This document shows positions 34,498-43,919 of a stretch of 64,000 bases of DNA, piece after piece. The position numbers were made by a program, and so were the translations under genes. Each line of letters begins with the position of its first letter. Position 1 is the first letter of the stretch. Origin of the DNA: an uncultured Candidatus Saccharibacteria bacterium (GTDB lineage: Bacteria > Patescibacteriota > Minisyncoccia > UBA6257 > 2-01-FULL-56-20); the NCBI GenBank assembly GCA_964646415.1, contig CAZYEL010000003.1:11639-75638 (forward strand). Reading direction: 5' to 3'. Below the pieces are notes generated by a model. That model was not told where the DNA came from. It did not search any database and saw only the letters and a list, made by a program, of their open reading frames with translations.

Positions 34498-34930
34498 CAG
34501 GTGACGGTGTAGTGCCAGTCGGTGTTGATTCCCGGGGAAGGATAAGGCCCATCCTTGTGGGCGGTCGTGGGCGGGCTTCCCGGTATCTCTTTCAGCAATG
34601 TCCAGTCATTATCGGTTGCCTGCGCACGGTACACTTTATACGAAGTCGCTCCCTCTACCGCCTTCCATGTGAGCTGGTTATAACGATGGAAGGGTATTGC
34701 GGAAATACTGCGGTTTGTCTCGCAGACGGGAGCAATTTTTATATTCGCGGGCTGGTCGGGGGCGGAAAGGCATTTCCCCGCCGCATCGCGCGTCTCACAC
34801 CCTCCCGTACCGCGTGCGCTCTGAATCCCCGTGCCTTGCGCGACGCCGCGCGGGGTGTGGGCGAGAAAAACATCGTTGCAACGCCGATTGCGAGAACGCC
34901 CAGCCCCACCCAATAGAGAGAACGTTGCAT
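34452..34930 (-). pseudogene. secreted fibronectin-III-like protein, apparently frameshifted
   Basis: The signal peptide MQRSLYWVGLGVLAIGVATMF is in one frame (34930 down). An FN3-like LTWKAVEGATSYKVYRA domain is in another (34913-34452). Confidence 0.25.
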
Positions 34931-35044
34931 TGGTAAAAGTATATCACACCCCGCATAACGAGGAGTTCGGTCCCGCCACGATTACCCATCCCACACCTAT
35001 CTTTATTCTTCGACATGGAAATAAGTGTACCAAAATTCAATCAC

Positions 35045-36853
35045 TCATGCGACTTCCGCTTGATAGCAAGCTTCGCAATACACGATCTCCGTTCTTTCAG
35101 GTGCGAAGCTTGTTTCGAACTCATTCGGGCAAGCCGTGTTTTTATGGAAATGCTCCGAGGTGTCGCTATACGTTATTTTCCCTTGGCTCTTTGCCCCGCT
35201 GCACATGCAACGGCGGTGCCAAAGCTTCAGCGGATTCCTCTTCGCAAGACGGGAATAATGACGGCAATTCGGACAAAGGCGCGGAAGGGGCAGCTTCATG
35301 CGGCGATAGAATTGGAACTCGGCGGGAATGATACGGAATGCAGTGGTGCATCCCGACGCCTCCGGGTCGGGACCCTGACCCTCGGCGCGCGCGCCCGAGG
35401 CGTCGGGGCTGGCTGTTGCACACTCAAGAATCTGCTCGAGAATAGAATCCCGCACGTCCTCAATGCGTGCGGGAACATCGGCGGATTGCATGGTAACTGC
35501 ATAATTCCGGCGTTCCGGCTCTTTCCACACGAAACCCGCCGCCACAACTTCCTTGTACGTGAGCGGGAAAAAATCCTGCGCAACAGACTCGTTGTACGCA
35601 AGGAGCGAAAGCTCGGCGGGAAAATATTCGCCGTATTTGTACACTCTCCCGTTTTTCCCCGCGAAAGGCATCGCGTCCATATGCGATTTTATTTTCGGAA
35701 TAAGGGCTTCGTATTCCTCTTTAGAATATTGCCGGTTCAACACGCAATAATGCCTGTTCCGCAATCCCACGCACCCGAAAAGGTCGGAACTGCTTGAACA
35801 AAGGTCGGCATATTCGACATCGGCACTTTCCCCGCACATGTTCGAGAATTTGCTCCGCGCCATTTTCCAAAACCCGAGATACTCGTAACAAAGCTCAAGA
35901 TACTCGCAATAATTGACATCATGCGCGTCTTTCGCGTCAATCATCCGCACGCAATATGCGCACTCTTCCGCGCGCTTCACATCAAAACACTCCCGGGCAT
36001 TCTTCGATTGCACGATATGGTCACCACTCACGTTCGCACACTGCAGAATAGTGCTGAACCGGCGGGGTATCCGCTGCTGCAACTCCTCAAAACGCCCCCG
36101 TACTTCTTCGAGTGCCGAGCGTCCGCCGGACATAATTCGCTCTTTTTCTTTAAGATATGCCTCCTTCGTAAACTGCCGATTGAAAATGCGGTAATTCTTG
36201 TTCCGCAATCCCACGCATCCGATACAATCCTGGCAATTTTTGCAGTCGAAACAATACAGCAAATTGAGGGACGCCGTGCAATCCTCGCAGAAAGAACAAT
36301 TCGAAAGTTTCTCGCAATCAATGCACTCGTAGCAATACTCGGACTCGCGCGCGAGGTACGTGTCTACGCAATACTTTGATTCATAGGGCGACCCATACAA
36401 ACAATTTTCCACTTCAATGGAACCAAAGATAAGATAGCAGTCTTTCGCATCGCCCACATAGTTCACGTATTCGCTGTTCTTGCAGTTTACCGTACCAAGA
36501 TTGGGGCGGGGAACTTTGCTCTGAAGCTCGCGGAGCTGCAAAAAGAAAGGCTTGTTCCAGTCGTAGGCGGTGCCGTACTGTACCGGGTCCCACCCGTCGC
36601 CCCACCAGCATTCCTGGCAATGGACCGGAAACGGCTTTTCGGAAGAAAACATCGAAACCATCGCTTTCTTGCAGAGCCCGCATTCCCGGTGATAAAGATT
36701 ACGCTCGTTGCGCACCATCAAGCGCCGCTGGTAACGGCATGGGGAGCAAAACGTGGGCGGCGGAACTTTTATTTTTTCGTAAAACTGAAAATCTTCGGGC
36801 GCAACAGTGAACTGCGCTCTACAATTTTGGCAGTTCCTTATCCCCTGTTCCAT
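35045..36853 (-). CDS. Cys-rich multi-zinc-ribbon protein, paralog family member (602 aa)
   Basis: CQNCRAQFTVAPEDFQFYEKIKVPPPTFCSPCRYQRRLMVRNER N-terminus, FGCVGLRNRHYCVLNRQYSKEEY module, and C-terminus ...IVYCEACYQAEVA. Confidence 0.8.
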   Translation of the reverse strand: MEQGIRNCQNCRAQFTVAPEDFQFYEKIKVPPPTFCSPCRYQRRLMVRNERNLYHRECGLCKKAMVSMFSSEKPFPVHCQECWWGDGWDPVQYGTAYDWNKPFFLQLRELQSKVPRPNLGTVNCKNSEYVNYVGDAKDCYLIFGSIEVENCLYGSPYESKYCVDTYLARESEYCYECIDCEKLSNCSFCEDCTASLNLLYCFDCKNCQDCIGCVGLRNKNYRIFNRQFTKEAYLKEKERIMSGGRSALEEVRGRFEELQQRIPRRFSTILQCANVSGDHIVQSKNARECFDVKRAEECAYCVRMIDAKDAHDVNYCEYLELCYEYLGFWKMARSKFSNMCGESADVEYADLCSSSSDLFGCVGLRNRHYCVLNRQYSKEEYEALIPKIKSHMDAMPFAGKNGRVYKYGEYFPAELSLLAYNESVAQDFFPLTYKEVVAAGFVWKEPERRNYAVTMQSADVPARIEDVRDSILEQILECATASPDASGARAEGQGPDPEASGCTTAFRIIPAEFQFYRRMKLPLPRLCPNCRHYSRLAKRNPLKLWHRRCMCSGAKSQGKITYSDTSEHFHKNTACPNEFETSFAPERTEIVYCEACYQAEVA

Positions 36854-36871
36854 GCCGCGTGCCGCAAGCGA

Positions 36872-37780
36872 CTAATTCTTAAGATACCTCCGTATCGCAA
36901 TAAAACTTGAGAGCGCCCCGATGCCCACTCCGAAAACCATCTGGTATCCAAGGAGCGATGCGATGTTCCCCATAAAATACCGCGATAACTCGAGCCCGGG
37001 GATAAACACGCTCAAATACGGCGACGCGAAGTATACCGTCGGGACCATAATCGCCAGACTCGCCACCGCCGCAATGGCGCCCGAGATAGTGCCCTCCACC
37101 ATGTAGGGACCCCGCACAAGCGCGTTTGAAGCGCCCACCAGGCGCATAATGCCTATCTCATCGCGGTTCGAATAAATGGCGAGGCGGATGGTGTTGAACA
37201 CGACAAGTCCCGCGATAAGCGAGAGGAAAAGCGTGAGCGTGAACCCGATGCGGTTTACGTTGTCGATAATCCGCGCAAGCCGGTCAATCACCACCTGATT
37301 TTTCGCGTAGCTCACATTGTCGATGTAGGTGGAGAGATTCGGCGCGGTGAGATAGCGGGCAATCGTCGCATACTGCTCGGGGCGCTGCGCTTTGATATTC
37401 AAGGACGCCTGAAAAGGGTTCGCGTTCAGCTCATTGATTGCCTGGCTGATAACCTGATCGCTTTTGTGCGTGTTCTTGAAAAGCTCAAGCGCTTTGTCGC
37501 TCGAAACATAATTCACGCCTTTCACCTCCGAAAGGTCCTCAAGCGACTGCTTGATGCTCAAAATCTTGTCCTCCGCAGTGTTGTTCTTGAAATACACGCT
37601 GATGTCGATTTTGTCCTGAATCGATGCCACTGCCTGGCGCGTGATCACCCCGAACAGGATAAGCCCCACGAAAACCATAAGCGCAAGCGTCATGATTGCC
37701 ACAGTGGCGGTGGAAAGCCAGCCGTTCCGGCGGAATCCTTTCCCGCCGAACTTTAAGATACGAAAGAGAATGGTGAACAT
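36872..37780 (-). CDS. ftsX: cell-division ABC transporter permease FtsX
   Basis: 302 aa with four TM helices and a large periplasmic loop. Downstream of ftsE. Confidence 0.8.
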   Translation of the reverse strand: MFTILFRILKFGGKGFRRNGWLSTATVAIMTLALMVFVGLILFGVITRQAVASIQDKIDISVYFKNNTAEDKILSIKQSLEDLSEVKGVNYVSSDKALELFKNTHKSDQVISQAINELNANPFQASLNIKAQRPEQYATIARYLTAPNLSTYIDNVSYAKNQVVIDRLARIIDNVNRIGFTLTLFLSLIAGLVVFNTIRLAIYSNRDEIGIMRLVGASNALVRGPYMVEGTISGAIAAVASLAIMVPTVYFASPYLSVFIPGLELSRYFMGNIASLLGYQMVFGVGIGALSSFIAIRRYLKN

Positions 37781-37863
37781 GATTGCAAATAGCTTCTAGC
37801 TTTGAGCTTTAAGGTTTAAGTGGGACTGCATGGCATTATGTATATTGTACTAAAAGCTTAAAG

Positions 37864-38547
37864 CTATACCAAAATGTATTTCCCCTTCTTTTCGTCGCGG
37901 ATAATCCGGCCGCGGTCGAGCGTAATCACGCGGCGCTCCAAATCGTTGATGATGTCCTTGTCGTGCGTCGCAAGAAGCACCGTCGTACCCAATTCGTTGA
38001 TTTTCTCGAGAAGCTTCACGATTTCCGCCGTGTGGAAGGGGTCAAGGTTTCCGGTGGGCTCGTCCGCAATAATCACCTCCGGCCGGTGAATCATAGCGCG
38101 TGCGATCGCCACGCGCTGCTTCTCCCCGCCGGAAAGCTCGTGAGGGAAGTTATTGCCCTTGTCCGCAAGCCCCACCATATCCAGCACCTGGGGCACAAGT
38201 TCATTAATTTCCCGCTGCGTGCGCCCCGCCACCTCAAGCGCAAAAGCGACATTCTCGTATGCGGTTTTCGTAAGAAGCAGGCGGAAATCCTGGAACACCA
38301 CCCCGATGTGGCGCCGGAAATGGGGCAGTTCGCTTGAACGCAATTTATTCACTTCATATTGCCCGAAGAACACGCGCCCGCGGCTTGGCTGCTCCTCCCC
38401 AATCAGCAGCTTAATGATGGTCGATTTTCCCGCGCCCGAGCGCCCCGCAAGCGAGAGAAACTCCCCCGGCTTCACTTCAAACGTCACATCCTCAAGCGCC
38501 GCGCTCGTATGGTTGTATACTTTGGAAACGCCTTGGAAAACAATCAT
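37864..38547 (-). CDS. ftsE: cell-division ABC transporter ATPase FtsE
   Basis: Walker A GRSGAGKST, ABC signature LSGGEKQRVAIARA, Walker B IIADEPTGNLD. Confidence 0.9.
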   Translation of the reverse strand: MIVFQGVSKVYNHTSAALEDVTFEVKPGEFLSLAGRSGAGKSTIIKLLIGEEQPSRGRVFFGQYEVNKLRSSELPHFRRHIGVVFQDFRLLLTKTAYENVAFALEVAGRTQREINELVPQVLDMVGLADKGNNFPHELSGGEKQRVAIARAMIHRPEVIIADEPTGNLDPFHTAEIVKLLEKINELGTTVLLATHDKDIINDLERRVITLDRGRIIRDEKKGKYILV

Positions 38548-38670
38548 TGGTGGATAGGTTTTAGGTTAAAGGTTCTGGGCCATAGACCTCGGAACTTGCA
38601 GACCTAATAATATCCCAAACACATCAAATCGACAAGGCGTTATACCTTGTCAGAACCCGCAGCCTAAAAC

Positions 38671-39733
38671 CTAAAAGTTCTTTTCCGCCTCCGCTTCCAC
38701 AAACATATCCAGGTCTCCCGCAAGAACTTTATCCACCTGCGAGGTTTCGACTTCCGTGCGGTGGTCTTTCACCAACTGGTAGGGATTCAGCACATAGGAA
38801 CGGATTTGATTCCCCCATTCGGGCTTCGCTTTTACCCGGAGCCCGGAAAGCTCCTCCACATGGTGCCGTTCCATAAGCTGGATAATTTTCGCCTTGAGGA
38901 GGCGGAGCGCATACTCGCGGTTCTGCTGCTGGCTGCGCTCCACGCGCGCGCCCACCGTAATCCCCGTAGGGAGGTGCGTGACGCGCACCGCGGTTTCCAC
39001 TTTGTTCACGTTCTGCCCGCCGGGACCTCCTGCGCGCGAAAACTCCCACTTCAAATCATCCTCGGGGATCTGGACTTTCGATCCCTCAACCGGCGGCAGG
39101 TCCGGCACAACTTCGACGAGCGCGAACGCCGTGTGGCGGAGCTTCTTGGGTGAGAAGGGGGAAATGCGGACAAGGCGATGCACGCCGGATTCTTTCTTCA
39201 GATATCCGTACGCATACTGCCCTTTTATTTCGACTATGCGCCCGCGGGGATTCTCGTCCACAATTCTCGCCTTCCAGTTCATCCGCTCCGCGTACCGCAG
39301 GTACATCTCCCCGAGCATCCGCGCCCAATCCTCCGCGTCTTCCCCTCCCGCGCCCGGGTACACCGAAACAATCGCGGCTTGCCCGTCGTATTTTCCCTTG
39401 AAAAGTTCCTCCAATTCAAACGCCCGGAACTTCCGCCGCGTTGCATAATACAAATTCTCATCAAATGATTTCTCTCCGCCGGAGGCGGATCCGCCTCCGG
39501 CGGAAAGCGCGGCGATGCCCGTTTCAATTTCCTGGTAACGGGTAACGAGGTCGCGGAGGATGCCAAGCCGCTTGATTTTCTCGTCCGCCGAGATGCGGTT
39601 CTGCCAAAAACCCGGCGCACTCATCGCCGCTTCGAGCTCCGTTATCTCTTTTTCCTTCGCTGCGAGGTCAAAGACGCCCGCTTAACCGGCGGGCTTCGGT
39701 TGCAAGTTCCTCAAGTTGCGATTTGAAATCCAT
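38671..39733 (-). CDS. prfB: peptide chain release factor 2 with programmed +1 frameshift
   Basis: SPF and GGQ motifs. ORF0 MDFKSQLEELATEARRLSGRL ends at the in-frame TGA in CTT TGA C (minus strand, 39667-39673). A +1 shift joins it to the main ORF (MSAPGFW...). Confidence 0.85.
39476..39503. repeat. GC-rich palindromic element copy 2, in-frame inside prfB
   Basis: ccgccggaggcggatccgcctccggcgg is a perfect 28-nt palindrome. It encodes the Gly/Ser-rich insert AGGGSASGGE. Confidence 0.6.
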
Positions 39734-39768
39734 ATTGAAGAATAGTAACACACTTTGAAACACTAATG

Positions 39769-39840
39769 AGCCGGTGGTCGGATTTGAACCGACGACCCAC
39801 GCTTTACGAAAGCGTTGCTCTGCCACTGAGCTACACCGGC
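39769..39840 (-). tRNA. tRNA-Thr (anticodon CGU)
   Basis: Folds as GCCGGUG UA GCUC AGUGGCA GAGC A ACGCU UUCGUAA AGCGU GGGUC GUCGG UUCAAAU CCGAC CACCGGC U. All four stems are Watson-Crick. CCA is not encoded. Confidence 0.8.
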
Positions 39841-39946
39841 ATTCATGTCCCGCCGCAGGCGCGGGCAGAACAGCATTATTGTACGTACTTTTTTGCCCAA
39901 CGCAACTTCACTCGGCATGGAAAATCCCCTAGAATGGGAGCAAGCC

Positions 39947-42900
39947 ATGAGCAAATTCGTCCACCTCCACACCCATTCCCACTACTCGCTCCTCGACGGA
40001 CTGGCGAAAATCGAGGACCTCGTGGAGCGCACGAAGGAACTCGGGATGGATACGCTTGCCTTGACCGACCACGGGGTCCTTTACGGCGCAGTGGAGTTTT
40101 ATAAAAAAGCGAAAGCGGCGGGCATCAAGCCTATTTTAGGCGTCGAAGCGTATATTGCACCGAAGGAGCGGCAGAACAAAGACGCGGGTGAGAAATATTA
40201 TCATCTCATTCTTCTCGCGGAGAATCTCACGGGCTGGAAAAATCTGATAAAGCTCGTGACCAAAGCCCACCTTGAAGGGTTTTACTACAAACCCCGCATG
40301 GACAAGGCGCTCCTCCGCACGCATCATGAGGGGTTGATTGCGCTCTCCGGATGCTTTTCGGGAGAACTCGCCCGTTCCATTCTTGGAGGCGCCTCCGGCG
40401 AAGAAGTGCTCGCGGAGTACCAAAATATTTTCGGCAAAGAAAACTTTTTTATCGAAATCGGTTACCACCCGAACGTGAACCGCGCGGAGCACGACAAACT
40501 CTGGAACGGGTTGATTGCGCTCGCGAGAAAAACCGGCGCCCCGCTCGTCGCGACCCAGGACCTCCATTATGCGCGGCCCGAGGACCGCGATTATCACGAC
40601 ATTCTCCTTGCGGTCCAAACCGGGAGCAATCTAAGCGACGGCGACCGGCTCACGCTCAAAGCGGACGATTTCTCCATGACCTCCCCCGAGGATATGGCAA
40701 AAAAATTCAAAGATGCCCCCGGAGCGGTGGAGAACACCCTTCGCATCGCCGAACGGTGCAACGTCGAGTTGGAGCTGGGCGTTACCCAGCTTCCGGAATT
40801 CCCCAAGCCGGAAGGAGTGAGTGCGAACGAGTACGTGCGGAAGCTGGCTCTTGAGAGGCTTCCCCGCCGCTTCCCGGGCGATGCATGCACGAAAGAGGTG
40901 GCCGACCGGCTGGAATACGAGCTGGACGTCATCGAGAAAACGGGATTTGCGGATTACTTCCTCATCGTCCAGGACCTCACCGGCTGGGCGCGTGCGCACG
41001 GAATCGCCGTGGGACCCGGAAGAGGTTCCGCCGCGGGAAGCCTGGTTTCCTACATCCTCGGCATCACCGACATCAACCCTTTGAAATATGGACTGCTCTT
41101 CGAGCGGTTTTTGAATCCGGAACGCATTCAGATGCCCGACATCGACATTGATTTCGCCGATGCGCGCCGCGACGAGGTCTTGGCGTATGCACGGCAAAAA
41201 TATGGCGAGGACCATGTGGCGCAAATCATCACGTTCGGGACAATGGCTGCCCGCGCGGCAGTGCGCGACGCGGGACGCGCGATGGGAATCCCCTACGGCT
41301 TCTGCGACCAGGTGGCGAAGCTTATTCCCTTCAACGCCACGATAGAGGAATCCATTGACCAGGTTCCCGAGCTCGCGGAACTCGCCAAACAAAACGAAGA
41401 AGCGAGGCGCGTCCTCGACGCCGCAAAACACCTTGAGGGTGTGGCGCGCCATGCGTCGGTCCACGCCTGCGGCACGGTGATTACGAAAAAGCCCCTCACC
41501 GAGTACCTCCCGCTCCAATACGCGCCGCAAGACAGGGCAATCATCATCACGCAGTTCGAAATGCATTCCGTCGAAGACCTGGGGCTCCTTAAGATGGACT
41601 TGCTGGGCCTGCGGAACCTCACCATCATTGAAGAAACAGTGAAACTTGTCCGCGACCTCCGCGGAGAAGACATCAGAATCTCGGAACTCCCGCTTGACGA
41701 CGCCCCCACCTTCGCGCTCCTCCAGGCAGGAAACACCACGGGCGTGTTCCAGTTCGAGTCCTCCGGCATGCGCCGCTATATGAAAGATATCCACCCCACC
41801 GAACTTGAAGACCTGATTGCCCTGGTCGCCCTGTTCCGCCCGGGCCCCATGGAGCTGATTCCCTCCTTCATCAAGCGTAAACGCGGCGAGGAAAAAATCG
41901 TTTATCTCCACCCCCGGCTCGAACCTATTTTGAAAAACACGAACGGCATCGGCGTGTACCAGGAGCAGATGATGCAAATCGCCCGCGACCTCGCGGGATA
42001 CACCCTCCCCGAAGCGGACACGCTTCGCAAAGCAATCGGAAAGAAAATCAAATCGCTCCTCGACGAACAAAAAGCGAAGCTTACGAACGGCATGATAAAA
42101 AACGGCGTCCCCGCGAAAACCGCGGAGGCGATATGGGAGCTTTTCCCGCCGTTCGCCCGCTACGGATTCAACAAGTCGCACGCCGCCTGCTACGCCCTCA
42201 TCGGATACGAAACCGCGTACCTCAAAACGCACTACCCCATTGAATTCATGGCGGCGCTTTTGAACGCCGAAATCAGCGATATTGACCGCATCGCGTTCCT
42301 CGTGAGCGAAGCCCGCCAGAACCAAATTCCCATTCTCCCGCCCGACGTGAACAGCAGTTTTGTAAAATTCGCCCCCGACGGAGAAAAAGTGCGGTTTGGC
42401 CTTTTGGGCATCAAGAACGTGGGCGAGCAAATCGCACAGGCGATTATCGAGGAACGCATGCGCGGCGGCCCTTTCGCGAGCTTCACCGATTTCCTTGCGC
42501 GCATACAGCACAAAGACCTCAACAAGAAATCGCTGGAGGCTCTTGCGAAATGCGGCGCACTCGAATCCCTGGGCGTCGAGCGCAACCAGGCGGTGCAAAA
42601 CATAGACGACATTGTCCGCTTCGCGGGCGCGGCGCGCAAAACCGCCCTCCAGCCGAACTCCCTCTTCGGAAGTTCCACCGCATCGCTCTCCATCAAGCTC
42701 AAACCCGCCCCGCCCGCGACCCGCGAGGAAAAACTCGGATGGGAAAAGGAACTTTTGGGTTTTTACCTCTCCGACCACCCCCTGAACTCCTACAAAGAAA
42801 AACTGGCCGCATACCGCACTCGTACGCTTGATGAACTCCGCACCATCAAAAACGAAAATCTCATCATCCGCGCCGCAGGACTCGTTTCCACCGTCAAAAA

Positions 42901-43111
42901 AATCTTGACGAAGAAAGGCGACGCCATGATATTTGTGACCGTCGAGGACTTCTCGCCTCAGCCGCTCGAAGTAGTGGTGTTCCCAAAAGTACTCGGAAAA
43001 ACGGAATCCGTCTGGCAGCCGAATAACGTCATAATTCTCCAGGGGAAAATGTCCTGGCGCGGCGGGGAACCGAAGATTATCTGCGATGACGCGAAGAAGT
43101 TGGAAGCATAA
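39947..43111 (+). CDS. dnaE: DNA polymerase III alpha subunit
   Basis: PHP domain FVHLHTHSHYSLLDG, then polymerase core and OB-fold. The start ATG at 39947 follows gggag. Confidence 0.9.
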   Translation: MSKFVHLHTHSHYSLLDGLAKIEDLVERTKELGMDTLALTDHGVLYGAVEFYKKAKAAGIKPILGVEAYIAPKERQNKDAGEKYYHLILLAENLTGWKNLIKLVTKAHLEGFYYKPRMDKALLRTHHEGLIALSGCFSGELARSILGGASGEEVLAEYQNIFGKENFFIEIGYHPNVNRAEHDKLWNGLIALARKTGAPLVATQDLHYARPEDRDYHDILLAVQTGSNLSDGDRLTLKADDFSMTSPEDMAKKFKDAPGAVENTLRIAERCNVELELGVTQLPEFPKPEGVSANEYVRKLALERLPRRFPGDACTKEVADRLEYELDVIEKTGFADYFLIVQDLTGWARAHGIAVGPGRGSAAGSLVSYILGITDINPLKYGLLFERFLNPERIQMPDIDIDFADARRDEVLAYARQKYGEDHVAQIITFGTMAARAAVRDAGRAMGIPYGFCDQVAKLIPFNATIEESIDQVPELAELAKQNEEARRVLDAAKHLEGVARHASVHACGTVITKKPLTEYLPLQYAPQDRAIIITQFEMHSVEDLGLLKMDLLGLRNLTIIEETVKLVRDLRGEDIRISELPLDDAPTFALLQAGNTTGVFQFESSGMRRYMKDIHPTELEDLIALVALFRPGPMELIPSFIKRKRGEEKIVYLHPRLEPILKNTNGIGVYQEQMMQIARDLAGYTLPEADTLRKAIGKKIKSLLDEQKAKLTNGMIKNGVPAKTAEAIWELFPPFARYGFNKSHAACYALIGYETAYLKTHYPIEFMAALLNAEISDIDRIAFLVSEARQNQIPILPPDVNSSFVKFAPDGEKVRFGLLGIKNVGEQIAQAIIEERMRGGPFASFTDFLARIQHKDLNKKSLEALAKCGALESLGVERNQAVQNIDDIVRFAGAARKTALQPNSLFGSSTASLSIKLKPAPPATREEKLGWEKELLGFYLSDHPLNSYKEKLAAYRTRTLDELRTIKNENLIIRAAGLVSTVKKILTKKGDAMIFVTVEDFSPQPLEVVVFPKVLGKTESVWQPNNVIILQGKMSWRGGEPKIICDDAKKLEA

Positions 43112-43460
43112 ACTTCCAACTTTTTCGCTGACAAACGCGGACGAACTTCAGCTTGTTTTCTCAATCATTTCTTCGACCTTGCACTTCGCTTCTTCGAGAA
43201 GTTCTTTTGCCTTTTTGCGCGCGGCGTGGGATTGGCGCACAAGCTCGGCGATTTTTTTCTGTGTGGTTTTCGGTAAAACCGGGACCACAATATTTTCAAC
43301 ATCCTCATCAGTAATCGTCGCGGTTCAATAAAACTCAATTTCTATTCTTTCGCGAACTTCAAAAACCTATCGCTCCGCGCAATTCACACCGCCCCAGAAT
43401 ACGGAAGTGATTTAATATAGCTATCTTTGCCGACTACCCCAGGGAAAGGGCGCCTACAAT

Positions 43461-43874
43461 TTACAATAACGAGGAGTGATATTTCTCCGGCTGGTGCGGC
43501 TCCATCACCTTGATTTCAAATTCCCACCCGAATTCCCCTTTTCGTTTTTCCAAATCAACCTTCAGTACCTCCTGGTCATACCCCAGCGCCACCACCGCCG
43601 GGCGCTGCACCTTCAAAACTTCGTAACTTCCCAACTTTCTGTCCCCCATCACCACCTCGTCCGCATACTCGGATGCGCGCACGTACTCCATCCGCACGCC
43701 GATGGGAAGACACGGATAAACTCCTTTAAGTTCCTCCGCCGCGCCATCCCGCGCCACCACAACCACAAGGTAATCACCGCAGGACTTCGCCTGCTTCAAA
43801 AACTGTTTATGGCCTTCATGGATGCCGTCGAAGACGCCGAAGACGAGTACCTTTTTCATAGCTTTAAGCTTCAA
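43461..43874 (-). CDS. cytidylyltransferase-like nucleotidyltransferase
   Basis: VLVFGVFDGIHEGHKQFLKQAK (HxGH nucleotidyltransferase motif). Confidence 0.55.
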   Translation of the reverse strand: MKLKAMKKVLVFGVFDGIHEGHKQFLKQAKSCGDYLVVVVARDGAAEELKGVYPCLPIGVRMEYVRASEYADEVVMGDRKLGSYEVLKVQRPAVVALGYDQEVLKVDLEKRKGEFGWEFEIKVMEPHQPEKYHSSLL

Positions 43875-43919
43875 GCTTTTAGCTTCGAGCGCATTTACTT
43901 AAATCTTAAAGCTTACCGC

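Noticed and set aside
43860-43914. AAGCTT (HindIII-site) rich spacers as cloning or assembly artefacts
   Set aside because: They recur with compensatory inverted arms at four independent gene junctions and sit in a biologically sensible position, so they are reported as a structured element family.
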